A model generated the notes under the pieces. That model ran no database searches. It was given only the letters and a program-made list of their open reading frames with translations, and had not been told where the DNA came from. A stretch of DNA of 36,588 nucleotides, from positions 1-36,588 of the forward strand of contig JAHFCZ010000003.1 in the NCBI GenBank assembly GCA_023249285.1. Direction: 5' to 3'. Position 1 is the first letter of the stretch; the number at the start of each line of letters is the position of its first letter. A program made the translations under genes and the position numbers. Below, in pieces: positions 35,371-36,588 of this stretch. The stretch is from a bacterium. Its GTDB lineage: Bacteria; Margulisbacteria; Marinamargulisbacteria; SXXA01; JAHFDB01.

Positions 35371-35551
35371 TGGAAGTGAGTTTTTTCTCATTGTGCTTTT
35401 GGCCATTATTTTTATTAAGCCGGAGGATTTGCCCAGTATCATTCGTCAGGCGGGGCATTGGTATGGGCGAGTGGTCCGGGTCTATTATGCGGTTTTAGAT
35501 GAAATCAGAGACATGTCTGACTTGGCTGGCCCAGGGTCGTTTCGCCGATGA
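35357..35551 (+). CDS. TatA/TatB-family protein (TatB-like N-terminus)
   Basis: MFGINGSEFFLIVLLAIIFIKPEDLP is followed by an amphipathic helix and resembles TatB (MFDIGFSELLLV...GPQRLP). GGAGAGG lies 6 nt upstream. It overlaps tatC by 14 nt. Confidence 0.75.
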   Translation: MFGINGSEFFLIVLLAIIFIKPEDLPSIIRQAGHWYGRVVRVYYAVLDEIRDMSDLAGPGSFRR

Positions 35552-35916
35552 ATCCTGGGAGCTATCTGGAGATTGCGGGGCTAGAGGTTTCGGCCTCAAT
35601 TGGGATTTTGCCTGAGGAACGTCTTTCGCCACAGCCTTTGGTCTTGGATTTAAAGCTATTTTTGGACTTCAGTGAGGTCAGTGGGGTTGAAGTCATCCAG
35701 GTGGACTATGCGCAAGTTGCGACTGAAGTGACCGAATTTGTTGTCGGGCATCATGTGGATCTCGTTGAAGATTTGGCCTATCGATTGGCGAGATATGTGC
35801 TCTTTCGATTTAAAGCGCTGGAAATGATTGAAGTGAAAATTGCAAAGCCACTTGCGATTCCAAATGCAAGATATGCGGCAGTGGTGTTACGGGTTACCCG
35901 GAAGGAGATGGAATAA
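35548..35916 (+). CDS. folB: Dihydroneopterin aldolase
   Basis: 122 aa with GLEVSASIGILPEER, LVLDLKL, DYAQV and a KIAKP tail, typical of FolB. ATGA overlap with the upstream gene. Confidence 0.83.
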   Translation: MNPGSYLEIAGLEVSASIGILPEERLSPQPLVLDLKLFLDFSEVSGVEVIQVDYAQVATEVTEFVVGHHVDLVEDLAYRLARYVLFRFKALEMIEVKIAKPLAIPNARYAAVVLRVTRKEME

Positions 35917-36588
35917 TGTCGTTTTTTAGGTCTTTTTTGAATTTCCCAAAAATACTGGTTGTGCTCGGTGTTTTGAGTTCCCTACTTTGGACCTCCCCGC
36001 TTTTGGCTTTTGAATCTCCGCAGACCCATGGGTTTGTGACAGATTACGCGGGGGTTTTGTCGGTGGAGCAGCAAAGGGATATGACAGCACTTTCAACTGA
36101 GTTGGCCCAAAAAACCGGGATCGAAGTTGCGACTTTAATCGTGCCCTCAATCGGGGATACTCCCGTTGAAGATGCGGCTCAGACGGTTTTTAACGCTTGG
36201 AAAATAGGTCAAAAAGGCAAGGATAATGGGATCCTGTTTTTTGTCTCTTTAAAGCCACGGAAAATGCGTATTGCGGTGGGCTATGGTTTGGAAGGTGAAT
36301 TGCCGGATAGTAAAGCGGGGCGACTGTTGGATGATGTGGTGCTGCCCTATGCGCGCAACAATCAATTGGCCCAAGGTGTGTATGCGGGTCATGTGTTGCT
36401 TCTGGATCAATTGGCAAAGGCCCATCATGTGGGTTTGACAGGGGCGGCCAAGGTTAAGCCTCAAGAACGACGCGGTATCAAGTCGTCGTCATTGTTGCGT
36501 ATTGTGGTTTTCCTTGGGATTCTTTGGCTGATCTTTGGACGTGGTAGACGTGGCGGTGGGGGTGGCGGTTGGTGGTTGCCTTTGATGT
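35916..36588 (+). CDS. TPM-domain (YgcG-like) membrane protein, 3' end outside the window
   Basis: This ORF is not in the ORF track because it has no stop in the window. I translated it by hand. MSFFRSFLNFPKILVVLGVLS (signal), FVTDYAGVLS, IEVATLIV, NAWKIGQKGKDNGILFFVSL, RIAVGYGLEG, then a TM segment and a Gly-rich tail RGGGGGGWW. TAATG junction with folB. Confidence 0.8.
   Translation, partial: MSFFRSFLNFPKILVVLGVLSSLLWTSPLLAFESPQTHGFVTDYAGVLSVEQQRDMTALSTELAQKTGIEVATLIVPSIGDTPVEDAAQTVFNAWKIGQKGKDNGILFFVSLKPRKMRIAVGYGLEGELPDSKAGRLLDDVVLPYARNNQLAQGVYAGHVLLLDQLAKAHHVGLTGAAKVKPQERRGIKSSSLLRIVVFLGILWLIFGRGRRGGGGGGWWLPLM

Noticed and set aside
36520-36588. G-rich run (ggtggcggtgggggtggcggttggtgg), considered as a G-quadruplex or regulatory repeat
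   Set aside because: It encodes the Gly-rich C-terminal tail (RGGGGGGWW) typical of TPM/YgcG-family proteins, so coding explains it.
1-36588. Window-wide look for CRISPR arrays, transposases, integrases, phage genes, toxin-antitoxin pairs, retron- or DGR-like reverse transcriptases and known defence helicase/nuclease pairs
   Set aside because: None was seen. The only helicase is a full-length housekeeping-type UvrD/PcrA with no nuclease partner. There are no regularly spaced repeats, and apart from the tRNA-Ser region (6332-6878) every non-coding gap is short.

Overview
This is a very gene-dense (about 95% coding) 36.6-kb bacterial chromosomal segment. I cannot assign the lineage with confidence. 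The housekeeping proteins are divergent, HldE is split into two genes, glutamine synthetase is the eukaryote-like type II, and the Tat genes run TatC then a TatB-like gene, which together suggest a non-model, possibly host-associated lineage (speculation). I support 35 CDS (one open at the right edge) and one tRNA-Ser(UGA). They form nine alternating polycistronic blocks with pervasive translational coupling (ATGA/TGATG overlaps):
(1) + copA-like Cu pump and a P2-type cation ATPase.
(2) - beta-CASP MBL hydrolase and tRNA-Ser.
(3) + a ten-gene run: carA, carB, GS type II, argH, pyrB, amtB, PII, a LOG-like protein, a GTP-cyclohydrolase-II-like protein and an SDR.
(4) - MTHFR-like, dsbD, uvrD/pcrA and a pyrD-like gene.
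(5) + ASKHA/ROK-like kinase, polysaccharide deacetylase, and a metal ABC ATPase plus permease.
(6) - split heptose genes rfaE1/rfaE2.
(7) + GH15-like 790-aa protein, RumA/TrmA-family methyltransferase, hemerythrin, Fur-family regulator and a BioC-like methyltransferase.
(8) - PMI-type cupin.
(9) + small RR-signal protein, tatC, tatB-like, folB and a TPM-domain protein.
I saw no transposase, integrase, phage gene, CRISPR array or toxin-antitoxin pair. The only accessory-like signal is a set of nested direct repeats beside tRNA-Ser, including a 19-nt copy of the tRNA 3' end.
The best candidate for something undescribed is the 3' tail of block 3. It holds a LOG-like N-glycosidase with an intact catalytic dyad, a GCH-II-fold enzyme with Met at the RibA ring-opening Tyr position, and an atypical SDR. 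These are welded to ammonium uptake, PII, GS, CPS and ATCase genes and face a class-2-like DHODH that carries a class-1-type catalytic Cys. I interpret this, as inference only, as a possible URC-like nucleotide or pyrimidine nitrogen-salvage module.
Other items worth a look:
- Extended -10 boxes sit 6-10 nt upstream of ATG at several operon heads, which suggests leaderless mRNAs. One case is a 21-bp divergent spacer with overlapping face-to-face TGn-10 boxes.
- A putative Tat substrate is encoded directly upstream of tatC.
- The hemerythrin and Fur-family genes are translationally coupled.
- All four convergent gene junctions overlap and leave no room for a terminator.
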